Shown here: positions 29,903 through 39,515 of the stretch, in pieces
Layout of the letters: every line of letters starts with the position of its first letter
Position numbering within the stretch: position 1 is the stretch's first letter
From: a virus
Length of the DNA stretch: 64,000 bases
Reading direction: 5' to 3' (one strand)
IMG/VR virus record: IMGVR_UViG_3300036939_000021
Coordinates: 32,001-96,000 of that record
Program-made: the position numbers and the translations under genes
The notes under the pieces: generated by a model
Database searches by the model: none
Told to the model about the DNA's origin: nothing
Seen by the model: only the letters and a program-made list of their open reading frames with translations

Positions 29903-30768
29903 GCGGTTCTTTCCCTCCTCCATCTCTTGATCCTGTTGCTTTAACTTACGCGGCTCCTGGAACTTTTACTCTGACGATTCCTGCAAATGCAAAGTTGTTG
30001 CGCTTGATTGCAATAGCTTCCGGTAGTGGCGGTGCTAGCGGTCGTAGAGGTGCAGCGGGTACAGCCAGATTCGGTGGTGGTTCCGGTGCTTCTGGAAACA
30101 CTTCTGACGTAACCTATTCAGTCTCCTCTTTGGAATCCAGGATTCTCACAATTACTGTTCCTGCTGGTGGTGTTGGAGGAGCTGCTGTAACAACAGATGA
30201 TACTAATGGTGCTAATAGCGTAGCTGGAAGTTCTGCTTTTGTGACTATACCTGAACGAACTCTAATAGCCGCCAGTGGTAACGGGTTAGCGTCTGGTGGT
30301 ACTAACGCCGCTGGTGCGGGTGCGAGTATGTTCGCAGCCACTCAGCCCGGTACATTTTCAGGAGTGGCAGGAGTTTCAGCAATTGTCAATGGTACATCTA
30401 CGACAGGGCTATCTAATGCAAACGGCGCTGCTTCTGGTGGTGCCGGGGGGGGGATCGATGCAAGTAATGTCGTCAGAGCTGGAGGAAACGGAGGACTAGG
30501 TGGAAGAACTAATGCTCGGTCGTTAGCCGATGCTGGCAGTGGTGGTGCGATAGATACACCTGGAACTTCAGCAGGTGTACGACAGCCCGGAAATCTCGGA
30601 GGTTCTGGTGGTGGTGGCGGTGGGGCAAGTATCACTGCTGCTGGCGGCAATGGCGGTGACGGAATACTAGGTGGTGGCGGTGGCGGTGGCGGTGCCTCTG
30701 CTAACGGATTCAATTCTGGTGCTGGCGGTAAGGGTGGAGACGGAGCTGTGTATATTTACTACTGGTAA
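29899..30768 (+). CDS. glycine-rich fibre protein
   Basis: GSGGASG...GGGGGGG...GGKGGDGAVYIYYW; high GC. Confidence 0.75.
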   Translation: MSGSFPPPSLDPVALTYAAPGTFTLTIPANAKLLRLIAIASGSGGASGRRGAAGTARFGGGSGASGNTSDVTYSVSSLESRILTITVPAGGVGGAAVTTDDTNGANSVAGSSAFVTIPERTLIAASGNGLASGGTNAAGAGASMFAATQPGTFSGVAGVSAIVNGTSTTGLSNANGAASGGAGGGIDASNVVRAGGNGGLGGRTNARSLADAGSGGAIDTPGTSAGVRQPGNLGGSGGGGGGASITAAGGNGGDGILGGGGGGGGASANGFNSGAGGKGGDGAVYIYYW

Positions 30769-30774
30769 CAAATT

Positions 30775-32697
30775 ATGAGTGGATCGTTTAGTTCGCCTTC
30801 AACAGCATCAGCAGGGTCTACTAACTTTAAACAACCGCAAACAGGAACTATTACTAGAACCCTGTCTGCGAAATTAGCTGAAAGCGTAAGTGTTAAAGAC
30901 TTCGGGGCTGTAGGCAATAATATTGCTGATGATACCGCAGCTATTCAAGCAGCTATTGATGCCGTTAAAAATACGGGAGTAAAACTTGTTATTCCCGCTG
31001 GAAACTACAAAATTACCGATACCATCAAGATTGGATACGGAAATAGCCAATATGTAGCTATCCATATTGAAGGTGCCGGACGGAATCAAGACTTTGGTAC
31101 GTGTCGATTTATTGCAACCTTCAATGATAGACCCGCAATTAATATCCAGGGAGCTAGAGGGGTAACACTTTCTGGAATATCTGTAAAAGGTGTAAATGTT
31201 GCCCCAGAGTCAAGAAGTGATTTTCTAACTAATCCTGACTATCTCGACTGGATAACGGCAGGTTGCACTTTTGGCACTTACAACCCTTATTGTGGGATTG
31301 CTATTGACGCTTACTCAGGTGCCGATCCTGGAGCAGGCATTGATTATCCTAACGATCCTTACGGACGTTTTCACACAAGTAGAGTAACTGTCAAAGAGGT
31401 TGAGGTTCGTAACTTTGTTGTAGGATATTGTGTCAAACCAGCGAATGACGACAACAACGCCGAGGATATTGCCTTTAGAGATTGTGTGGCAAAGGGATGT
31501 ACATTTGGTTTGACAACAGGAGGAAAACAAAACAAAGGAATTAGCTATACCGATGGAGCGATGATTAATTGCTTCTGTGCTTATTCTGGCTTGCGCTATG
31601 GCAAACAAAATGGTTCAATCCCCAGATTATTTAATTTAGATATTGTAGTATGCCATCGGATTCTAGAAGTTGCACATACTGTATACTCAGGTTCTATAAC
31701 AGGACTGTATTGTGAAAATATCTGTGAACTAGGGTATTTTGGAAGTGGTTATGCTAGCGCTAGCAATACTCTGTCTATAACAGGCTGTACATTCAACAGA
31801 ACAGAATACAATAGTGGGGTTTTCGCAGCTTTCTACATGAACGTAGCTTTTCATGGCTGTTCATTTCAAGCTGCCGATCCCGAAGGTGTAATCAACTTTT
31901 ATCTTGACCCTTTAAACGTATATATCGCTTTTAATAACTGTACTTTTGGTCACACTCAAGGAAACGCAAATACTAAGCGTGTTGTCTATTCCGGCACCAA
32001 TCAACTGAGTATGGCTCAAGGGTGCAAGATGATTTATGGCTCACAATTTCTTTGTGACAACACCTTGCGCTTATCAAGTATTCCGAATAGACAAATTATT
32101 TACGAAACTATTTGGGAACTAGTCACAAGGACAACTACAACCACAAATAGATATAAGATTACTCGTGGCTTCACTCCTACGGTATTTTTTGGAGATGCAC
32201 GAAGCATTTCTGCTGACAAAACAACTGTAACTATTACGGCAAGTAGCGGTAGCTTTCCCTCTTACATGATTGGCGATTTTATTCTTTGGAACATCAAAGT
32301 TAAAAGCCCTGTAGGGACTCTTGTTAACTGGTTGGCTCCAGCTTTTAAAGTATCTGCAATAGATACGGGGACACTTACCGTCACAGCAACTTGTTTTATT
32401 TTGCCTGCAAATATCAGCGACACAGTTCCTAGTAATACCGTGTTATATAGAGAAACGTTTTTTAATGCAACCCTTTCAACTGCGACTGTGACAGCTGGCA
32501 GCAATGTTCTTACGAGTGTTACTGGTTTAGCCACAAACTTTCAACCAGGAGACTGGATAAGGGGAACGGGTTTACCAGGCTCTACAAGAGTAGTCAGTGT
32601 TGATTCTTCAGCAGGAACACTGACTATGAATGTTAACGCTACAGCTAGCGGGACTGGAGTCACAATTGACAATTCTACAGTAACTTTAACTAATTAA
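30775..32697 (+). CDS. tailspike / pectate-lyase-like beta-helix depolymerase
   Basis: SVKDFGAVGN..DDTAAIQAAID...IPAGNYKIT. Confidence 0.82.
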   Translation: MSGSFSSPSTASAGSTNFKQPQTGTITRTLSAKLAESVSVKDFGAVGNNIADDTAAIQAAIDAVKNTGVKLVIPAGNYKITDTIKIGYGNSQYVAIHIEGAGRNQDFGTCRFIATFNDRPAINIQGARGVTLSGISVKGVNVAPESRSDFLTNPDYLDWITAGCTFGTYNPYCGIAIDAYSGADPGAGIDYPNDPYGRFHTSRVTVKEVEVRNFVVGYCVKPANDDNNAEDIAFRDCVAKGCTFGLTTGGKQNKGISYTDGAMINCFCAYSGLRYGKQNGSIPRLFNLDIVVCHRILEVAHTVYSGSITGLYCENICELGYFGSGYASASNTLSITGCTFNRTEYNSGVFAAFYMNVAFHGCSFQAADPEGVINFYLDPLNVYIAFNNCTFGHTQGNANTKRVVYSGTNQLSMAQGCKMIYGSQFLCDNTLRLSSIPNRQIIYETIWELVTRTTTTTNRYKITRGFTPTVFFGDARSISADKTTVTITASSGSFPSYMIGDFILWNIKVKSPVGTLVNWLAPAFKVSAIDTGTLTVTATCFILPANISDTVPSNTVLYRETFFNATLSTATVTAGSNVLTSVTGLATNFQPGDWIRGTGLPGSTRVVSVDSSAGTLTMNVNATASGTGVTIDNSTVTLTN

Positions 32698-32710
32698 AAA
32701 TATAGATCAA

Positions 32711-32911
32711 ATGGCATGATTAGCTAAATTTGATAATACCGAAAAAATATTATATTTTCGAGAAAGTTCTAATTTGCCTTGGAGAGTATATAACACAACA
32801 CCTTATGCAACTCTTGGTTATAAAATTTCAAAAGGTTCTAAAGGTTGGACAACATACCAAAAGCTAAAAAAACTTAATTGGAAATTAATAGCAACCGAAA
32901 AAATAGAATAA
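32711..32911 (+). pseudogene. small cyanobacterial-type conserved hypothetical gene with TGA at codon 3
   Basis: MA*LAKFD...LYFR...PWR.Y...GSKGWTTYQKL.K..WKLI. Confidence 0.5.
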
Positions 32912-32922
32912 GAAATTAAAAA

Positions 32923-33270
32923 TTATATTCCTGTATAATTCCGATGGGAATGTTCTAGTTTTAACGAAAGTTTCCAAATATCGGAAGCATCCCAACTCCA
33001 AGAACGCTCTATAACTTTATAGAGTCTAGCCTCAAACCAAAACGGTTTTCCGGCACGTTCTTTTAAAAAATTATCTATTGCTGTCTTGTCAGTAAAAGAT
33101 TTTATTGTTAGATTTAACGACCAATCATCATCTACTGTATTTATTGCTGTTAAATTTGAGCGTGTCTCAATACCTCCATTACGTCTAGAAGATTGCACAT
33201 CCAAGGAATAATTTTGAGAATCACCAAAGCTACGTTTTAGGGCTGTAGGTGCGAAAGGATAAGTAGACAT
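32923..33270 (-). CDS. minor tail (distal tail, gpM-like) protein
   Basis: GGIETR...INT..DDWSL...IDNFLKERAGKPFWF. Confidence 0.75.
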   Translation of the reverse strand: MSTYPFAPTALKRSFGDSQNYSLDVQSSRRNGGIETRSNLTAINTVDDDWSLNLTIKSFTDKTAIDNFLKERAGKPFWFEARLYKVIERSWSWDASDIWKLSLKLEHSHRNYTGI

Positions 33271-33330
33271 ACAAAAAAGAAGCTAGATTTTTTAAGTCTA
33301 GCTTCTTTTTTATTCCGGGGGGATTGAATT

Positions 33331-33567
33331 TTAGCCTTGTTCTATAAGTCTAATCATGTAATTCATTGCTTTCCATGCTTTTTCGTTACGGGCATCTAGA
33401 AAGCAATTTTGAAAAATAATTTTTTGCTCTTGTGTCAGATTGTTTGTATTAATTCTTTGACTAATAAAAATTTGAAGATCTCTAGCTGTTTTGAGTTTTT
33501 TATTAAAATATTTTTCAACTAAAGTTAAAGTCTCTTGTCTAGCTACTCTTAGATTTTTAGAAGTCAT
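33331..33567 (-). CDS. hypothetical protein (moron between two gpM-like genes)
   Basis: Own promoter module at 33568-33632 and terminator at ~33273-33311. Confidence 0.7.
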   Translation of the reverse strand: MTSKNLRVARQETLTLVEKYFNKKLKTARDLQIFISQRINTNNLTQEQKIIFQNCFLDARNEKAWKAMNYMIRLIEQG

Positions 33568-33632
33568 TTTTCTTAGTCCTTAGCTTTTTTTTCCGACTCC
33601 TATATCATAACTAAAATCTAAGATGTTGTCAA
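33568..33632 (-). promoter_or_regulatory. repeated early promoter/RBS module
   Basis: Reverse complement TTGACAACATCTTAGATTTTAGTTATGATATAGGAGTCGGAAAAAAAAGCTAAGGA. Confidence 0.85.
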
Positions 33633-33682
33633 GCATATAGTAAAAATAAATTTTAAAGAAAAGCACACACCGGAATAATAAA

Positions 33683-34012
33683 TTATCTTGCTTCTTGGAT
33701 ACTCAGTGATATTTTCCATAATCCGGGTGATTCTTCTACAGTATTAAAATTAGAACACCAAAAATTTTTAAGAGGCATAAAATTATAGGGACGCCATTGA
33801 AAAGGGATTACACCAGCATGATTTTCTATAAATAATATATAAGTTTCAATTTCTAAATCAGATAAACCATTACATGAAAGACTCCATTCTTCACGTTCAC
33901 TATCTGTAACAGTAATATCTAAACTATAGCCATCACCTAATTTTATTCGATTACTTACTGGTTTATTAGTTTGAGAAAATCCCCAATTAGGAGAAAGTAC
34001 AAGTTCAGTCAT
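33683..34012 (-). CDS. minor tail protein gpM-like
   Basis: P.WG.S....P...IKLGDGY...FIENHAGVIPFQWRP. Confidence 0.82.
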   Translation of the reverse strand: MTELVLSPNWGFSQTNKPVSNRIKLGDGYSLDITVTDSEREEWSLSCNGLSDLEIETYILFIENHAGVIPFQWRPYNFMPLKNFWCSNFNTVEESPGLWKISLSIQEAR

Positions 34013-34017
34013 AATTT

Positions 34018-34671
34018 TTAATCATATCGTCTAACTCCAGGGAATCCTCCATAACGTCTAACATGACCATGATAAAGTTTACACATATCTAAATCATGAC
34101 GACATTCTCTGATTCCATTACTTGTTACTTGTCCAGCAAGATTATAATTAATATCTAATCGTGCTTGACAGTTTCCATCATCATATGTAGAAGTTCTAAG
34201 AATCCATTGACAACGTCTAAAGTAGCCTCTAGCTGGTACAGTTAAGCGTTGAAAATCCATTCCACCTATACAGTCAAATTCGATTTGTACTTGTGGTTCC
34301 CAAGTACGTTGATTTATTATTAGTTTTAAATCTCCTTGAAATTGTGTAGGATCGCTTGTAATTTGATTATCAAGGTAAGCTTTCCAAGTACGTTTTACAC
34401 TTAAAATAGTGCCTATAAATCCCCCCATACTTTGAATGAGTCCACCAAGATAACCTGATTCATCGGATACTGTTAATTTAGATCCAGGTACAGCACCATC
34501 AGCCGTTAAACCTGTCCAGTTAAAACTTATAGGTACTGGTTCGTATTCTTGACCATTAAAACTTACTCCGGCAATATTACAGAAAAAGATAGTTTGATTT
34601 CTTCCATTAATTTGAAAAAGATCTATACCATCCTCTAAGTCCAGTCCTTGTACATCTTCAATAATCGGCAT
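34018..34671 (-). CDS. minor tail protein gpL-like
   Basis: FNGQEYEPVPI...KRTWKAYLD...CQW...C...C.H....C...YGGFPG. Confidence 0.88.
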   Translation of the reverse strand: MPIIEDVQGLDLEDGIDLFQINGRNQTIFFCNIAGVSFNGQEYEPVPISFNWTGLTADGAVPGSKLTVSDESGYLGGLIQSMGGFIGTILSVKRTWKAYLDNQITSDPTQFQGDLKLIINQRTWEPQVQIEFDCIGGMDFQRLTVPARGYFRRCQWILRTSTYDDGNCQARLDINYNLAGQVTSNGIRECRHDLDMCKLYHGHVRRYGGFPGVRRYD

Positions 34672-34676
34672 AATCT

Positions 34677-35132
34677 ATGAATAAATATGAAATGTTAGAT
34701 AATGTTCAAGATCGAATTACTCATTATAGAGAAATAAGTAAACCTCCTGTAATAGTACCATCACCTAGAAATATAAGACTTAATATTATTTCTATAAAAA
34801 TAGAAGAAAATTATACCTATACTTTAGAAGTTCTTTGGGGAAAACCTTTAAAACATGATAATACTACAGAAGATTATATTTCTAGTTATATTGTAGAAAT
34901 ATCAAAAAATGGAAACAATTATAGTAATAGGCAAGAGATTGAGGAAAACTCTCAACGAATAGCACGATTTGAAAATATGATGATTGGTGACTATAAAGCT
35001 CGTGTAGCTGCTGTTGTAGCGACTTCAGACAAAATGAGTAGTTGGGAATATTCTAAAACACTTTTTAATCACTTTCCTAATAATGCCAGATTAAATTATA
35101 ATAATCCAGATACATATTGGTGGGAATTATAA
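34677..35132 (+). CDS. fibronectin-III protein; C-terminal part of split tail tip J
   Basis: NKYEMLDN...PSPRNIRL...LWGKP...YIVE...GDYKARVAAV...SSW. Confidence 0.7.
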   Translation: MNKYEMLDNVQDRITHYREISKPPVIVPSPRNIRLNIISIKIEENYTYTLEVLWGKPLKHDNTTEDYISSYIVEISKNGNNYSNRQEIEENSQRIARFENMMIGDYKARVAAVVATSDKMSSWEYSKTLFNHFPNNARLNYNNPDTYWWEL

Positions 35133-35135
35133 ATT

Positions 35136-36080
35136 ATGGGTAGTCGTAGATATAGAGCGCCAAAAGACGATAACACTTTAGATTATTTTTATAAAGATAT
35201 AGAAGGTGAAGGAACAAAAGAAAATCCTGATAAAACAGGAGTAGTTATAAGACCAAATAACTTAACAGGAGATGTAACAGATGTAGCTAACAAAGATGGT
35301 AATTTTATTGAAGTTCTAAAATACATTGCAAATACTCAATTTCAATTAAATAATAATTCTACGGCAAATAAAGACGGTGACTTACTAGGAGTTTTGCGTT
35401 ATATATCAAATAATCTAGCTGTTAGCAATAATCAATCAGCTCCCAATAAAGATGGAGATTTACTTGGAGTTTTACGTTATATTGCCAATAATTTAGTAAC
35501 AACTACAAATAATTCTATACCTAATAAAGATGGTGATGTTTTAGCTATACTTCGATACATCTCTAATAATTTAGCTTTAAATAATAGTAATTCTACAGCT
35601 AACAAAGATGGTGATTTATTAGGAACTTTAAGATATATAAGCAATAATCTAACTTTGATAAGTTCTCAAAATAGATCATCTAAAGTAACTACTGTAACTA
35701 ATAGGACTGTATCAACAACTTTAACTACAATTTTTGATACTGTTTGTGCTAATCATAATCAGCTTTCATTAAGATTACAAAACACTGGTAGTGTAGCTTT
35801 AAATGCTTTACAAGTACACGGCTTTGAGTCAGAAGATTTTCCTAATGATTTTCAAATAATTGCCGATACAGGTGCTAGTTATACTAGTCAAAATGGAAGA
35901 CAAACAAATAATAATATTATTCCAGTGGTAGATGCATCTGGCACTTTTCCCGGAGTGCCAGGAAATCAAGGAAAAGCCGGAATTTTATTAAATGTCAGAT
36001 TTTATCAAAGAATACGCTTACAAGCTAGTGTAAGCGCAGGAACTACAACAATGTCAGTAGGAGGTACTTTAATGTGCTAA
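35136..36080 (+). CDS. repeat-containing virion/fibre protein
   Basis: Five 26-aa repeats (NKDGDLLGVLRYISNNL) followed by a beta domain. Confidence 0.65.
   Translation: MGSRRYRAPKDDNTLDYFYKDIEGEGTKENPDKTGVVIRPNNLTGDVTDVANKDGNFIEVLKYIANTQFQLNNNSTANKDGDLLGVLRYISNNLAVSNNQSAPNKDGDLLGVLRYIANNLVTTTNNSIPNKDGDVLAILRYISNNLALNNSNSTANKDGDLLGTLRYISNNLTLISSQNRSSKVTTVTNRTVSTTLTTIFDTVCANHNQLSLRLQNTGSVALNALQVHGFESEDFPNDFQIIADTGASYTSQNGRQTNNNIIPVVDASGTFPGVPGNQGKAGILLNVRFYQRIRLQASVSAGTTTMSVGGTLMC
35286..35660 (+). repeat. intragenic 78-bp-period tandem repeat x5
   Basis: AAY AAA GAY GGN recurring every 78 nt. Confidence 0.8.
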
Positions 36081-36922
36081 ATATTCAAGATATTTTCAAA
36101 AAAGATTTAGATAAGCTTATTCGTGGATATAGTTGTTCCGCTGCAAACAATCAAAAAGAATCCTGTGGAATAATAACCAAAGATTTTGATTATATACATT
36201 GTGATAATCAACATTTAGAGCCTAATAATTATTTTGCTTTTAATCCTGGATTAATTAAAGGTTTAAAATCTGAAGATATTTTATTAGTCTGGCATTCACA
36301 TATTTTAGAATCTAGTCCTAGTTTTCTTAGTTTTCAAGATTTAGAGGCTTGTAGAGGTTTTGGTAAATCTCCAGATAAATATCCCTATTTGGTTTATCAT
36401 ACGTTATTTAATGAATGGGATTTTTATGATTCCATGTCACCTAATCCCTATCTTTTATCGCCCTATAAGCCTAAGCCCTCTAAAATGGCTTTAAGCGATG
36501 ACCCTAAGCGATATGACTTCTATATGGGCTTGCCTTTTGTATGGGGTCGTACCGACTGTTTTGGGGTCATTAGACATTATTTTTTAGGGGTCTTAGGATT
36601 AGATATCGGAGATTTCCGACGCCCTACGGAAGAAGAACAGAAAAACTTTCCGGGTGGGGATTGGATAAACCCTTGGGATTATTCTAAAAATAATTTTGAG
36701 TTAATGCCTAGAGGAGAAGATATTAGATTACATGATGTTTTCGAGATTGCACAAAATGGAGGAAAAGAAAGTAATCATATAGCTGTTGTGGTAGATGCGG
36801 TAAATATGCAAATATTACATTCCCCTGGAATAATTACTAGTAATGTAAGTAATGTCGAATTTTACGGTAAACATTGGCAAGTAAGAACAACACGACATTT
36901 GAGGCATAAAAGTTTAATATGA
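36074..36922 (+). CDS. tail assembly protein gpK-like (JAB + NlpC/P60)
   Basis: ESCG...VWHSH...S..D and FVWGRTDC...NHIAV...ILH. Confidence 0.88.
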   Translation: MLNIQDIFKKDLDKLIRGYSCSAANNQKESCGIITKDFDYIHCDNQHLEPNNYFAFNPGLIKGLKSEDILLVWHSHILESSPSFLSFQDLEACRGFGKSPDKYPYLVYHTLFNEWDFYDSMSPNPYLLSPYKPKPSKMALSDDPKRYDFYMGLPFVWGRTDCFGVIRHYFLGVLGLDIGDFRRPTEEEQKNFPGGDWINPWDYSKNNFELMPRGEDIRLHDVFEIAQNGGKESNHIAVVVDAVNMQILHSPGIITSNVSNVEFYGKHWQVRTTRHLRHKSLI

Positions 36923-37098
36923 ATATTTTTTATAATTGTGATTTTTGCTTAAATACAGGTTTTACTAAAAAATATCAATTAAATAATAAGCCGTTTTATA
37001 TAGCACCTAATATTTTAAGTTGGGGTTTTTATCAAATAAAAAAAGATTTTTGTGAATGCTTATACGGTAAACAACAGAAATGTCTAAAAAGCCTGTAA
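36919..37098 (+). CDS. small Cys-rich protein (59 aa)
   Basis: Manual translation MNIFYNCDFCLNTG...FCECLYG; overlaps the gpK stop. Confidence 0.5.
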   Translation: MNIFYNCDFCLNTGFTKKYQLNNKPFYIAPNILSWGFYQIKKDFCECLYGKQQKCLKSL

Positions 37099-37649
37099 AA
37101 ATAGTACTTTGGGGTGTATTAGGAGAGTTAGTAGTACCAGAAATTGAAGCGGAAGTTTCTACAGTAAAAGAAGCGCTTCTATGTTTAGACGCTAACTATC
37201 CTCATTTCTTTCAAACAATTTTAGATTTATCAGCACAAGGATATCATTATCAAGTTGTACTTAGCGATGAAAATATTTGTTTAGAATTTGATGGCACTAA
37301 ACCAGAAGTTTATGCAAACTTTCAAATAGAAGGAAAAACTTTAACAATATCTCCAGTAATAGCTGGTGCTGGTGGATTAGGAAAGTTATTTATGGGTTTA
37401 GCATTAATTGGTATTGGAATTGCTACAGGAGGTACTGGATTTATTCTTGCTGGTATAGCAATGGGATTACAAAGTATCTTTAGTGGTAATCCTGATAAAC
37501 CTAAAGAAAATGATCCAGAGAGTTTAGTTGTTAGTGGTCAAACAAATACAACTTCTGAAGGTACAAGAATACCTATTATTATTGGAGAATATTTAGTAGG
37601 TGATATGGTATTGAGTGCTACATATAAGACGGAATATAAAGCGTTATAA
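37080..37649 (+). CDS. tail assembly protein gpI-like
   Basis: ISPVIAGAGG...NTTSEGTRIPIIIGE..VG. Confidence 0.88.
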   Translation: MSKKPVKIVLWGVLGELVVPEIEAEVSTVKEALLCLDANYPHFFQTILDLSAQGYHYQVVLSDENICLEFDGTKPEVYANFQIEGKTLTISPVIAGAGGLGKLFMGLALIGIGIATGGTGFILAGIAMGLQSIFSGNPDKPKENDPESLVVSGQTNTTSEGTRIPIIIGEYLVGDMVLSATYKTEYKAL

Positions 37650-37712
37650 AAATAAACCATAGAATTATTTATATAATTCTATGGTTTATTTTTAATATAA
37701 AAAACAAACTAG

Positions 37713-37862
37713 TTATTGATGATTTTCTGCTAATCCCGATCCTCCACAAGTTTTACAATCTCCTACTTCTTGCCAACCGTCATCCTTATAATTATATTCT
37801 GTTCCTGTACCTCCACAATCTTGACAAGTATCTAAATCGTCATCATCATAAGTTGAAGGCAT
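37713..37862 (-). CDS. DnaJ-type zinc-finger miniprotein (49 aa)
   Basis: Manual translation MPSTYDDDDLDTCQDCGGTG...CKTCGGSG; TAAGGA RBS and promoter-module-like leader. Confidence 0.75.
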   Translation of the reverse strand: MPSTYDDDDLDTCQDCGGTGTEYNYKDDGWQEVGDCKTCGGSGLAENHQ

Positions 37863-37953
37863 TTTTTGAAGTCCTTAATTTTCTACTTCTCTAATATAGC
37901 AATTTTACTAGATGCTTGACAGCATATAGTAAAAATTATTTTTAATTAAAATA

Positions 37954-39510
37954 ATGGTAACACTCGATTCTCTCAAATACAGACACGCTGAACATCGGAA
38001 TAATGCAGCATATTGGCAATTGTTAGAAGCCACAATCGAAGGTGGTGATAAAGTATCTGATTCCATAAAAAGAGAACTTCTGCCAAATCCAGACGGAAGA
38101 CCGGAAGCGGTTATAAGAGAACGAATAAAATTAGCAACTTTTATAAATAAAATTTCTCCTATTCTTAATCGTTTTAATTCAGAATTATTTTCTCGTCCTG
38201 GTATACCTACAGGTAGTAATGATCCGTGGTGGAAAGAGAAATTCTTTGCAATGGGAGGTTTATTAGATGATGATGATGACGCTAGAGCTAATTTTAACAA
38301 TTATTTGCAACGATCTATGCATAATGCATTGGCAACAGGAAAAGCAATTGCACAGATCGATACACGAGTTAGTGCGTACCCGAACAATAAAGGCACTCAA
38401 CAAAGAATAGGTGAATTAGATCCCTATGTAATTTTGCATCCTCGTACTGCTTTATGGGATTGGGATAATTCTAGTGAAGGATTTAATTTTGTAAAATTAC
38501 AACAATTTCGATTAGTTCGAGAAAATTGGGAAAACTCTCCAATACCTGAACATATTTTTACAATTTATTTTCGTAATGGCTCAAGAGTTTTAGTATCAAA
38601 ATATCGAGTGCGACTACGAAATAATAAAGAAAAATTAGTAACACCTTTTATAGAACGTGTAGAAGAAAAAGATATAGTAATTATTCCAGATAATGCTAAC
38701 GGTGTTAGTTTAGAGAATCAGGAGATTTTTAATATTGGCGGATATTTTAAATTTCCTGTTGTAACGCTTACTCTACCGACTCCTCTTTGGATGGGGTCAC
38801 AATTATTTGAGTGTCAGAAAAGTTATTTTAGACAAACAGCAGCTATTGAGTATGCACTTTATACAGGGAATTACGGTATTCTTACAATAAATAATGTTGA
38901 AGATGAAACTGAAGATCCATTAGCAGGTAGACAAATAGGAGACGGTTATTATCTGTGTCTAAAAGAAGGTCAGAGTATCAATTGGTTAGAGCGAAGTGGA
39001 GGGACTGTAACGACAGCAATAAATTATCGTGCCGAAATCAAGAGAGATATTTACGACACATTACAACAAATAGCCATGAGTGCTGCTGATGGAGCTAGCA
39101 TTTTAAGTCGTAGTGGTGAAAGTAAAAAAGAAGATCGTAGACCAGAAGAAATTTTATTATTAAAATATGGAGAACTTGTTAAAGAATATTCTAAAAATAT
39201 TTTAGATTGTGCAAGTGTAGCTAGAGGAGAACGTGTAGAGTGGGAAGTAAAAGGATATGATGATTTTCTTACCGCAGGTCTTACAGATGTTTTAGCTGAT
39301 TATGCCGGAATAGCAACCGCTAATATACAATCACAAACATTTAAAAAAGAGCTTCAAAAGCATCTTATTACACAAGCAGCTAAAGCAATGGATATGAACC
39401 CTGATGCTGTGCAAAAAAGTATTGATGAAATAGATCAAGCAAAAAATATATCATTATTACCAGAAGCACAAGAAGCGTCACCAGTAAATATGAATGGGAA
39501 TGGTTTATAA
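37954..39510 (+). CDS. portal protein
   Basis: 518 aa; LLP...R...A...N..SPI...LF and SGESKKED motifs typical of siphovirus portals. Confidence 0.82.
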   Translation: MVTLDSLKYRHAEHRNNAAYWQLLEATIEGGDKVSDSIKRELLPNPDGRPEAVIRERIKLATFINKISPILNRFNSELFSRPGIPTGSNDPWWKEKFFAMGGLLDDDDDARANFNNYLQRSMHNALATGKAIAQIDTRVSAYPNNKGTQQRIGELDPYVILHPRTALWDWDNSSEGFNFVKLQQFRLVRENWENSPIPEHIFTIYFRNGSRVLVSKYRVRLRNNKEKLVTPFIERVEEKDIVIIPDNANGVSLENQEIFNIGGYFKFPVVTLTLPTPLWMGSQLFECQKSYFRQTAAIEYALYTGNYGILTINNVEDETEDPLAGRQIGDGYYLCLKEGQSINWLERSGGTVTTAINYRAEIKRDIYDTLQQIAMSAADGASILSRSGESKKEDRRPEEILLLKYGELVKEYSKNILDCASVARGERVEWEVKGYDDFLTAGLTDVLADYAGIATANIQSQTFKKELQKHLITQAAKAMDMNPDAVQKSIDEIDQAKNISLLPEAQEASPVNMNGNGL

Positions 39511-39515
39511 ATATT

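Noticed and set aside
29374-32534. Minus-strand ORFs, including the proline-rich 30342..30713
   Set aside because: Antisense shadows of GC-rich, Gly-rich plus-strand genes
11910-32911. Genome-wide stop-codon reassignment suggested by the internal TAG (12015) and TGA (32717)
   Set aside because: Conserved genes are intact in the standard code and terminate properly at TAG and TGA; no suppressor tRNA seen
35286-35660. Diversity-generating retroelement TR/VR pair
   Set aside because: Differences between repeats are not adenine-specific and no reverse transcriptase is present; ordinary protein repeats
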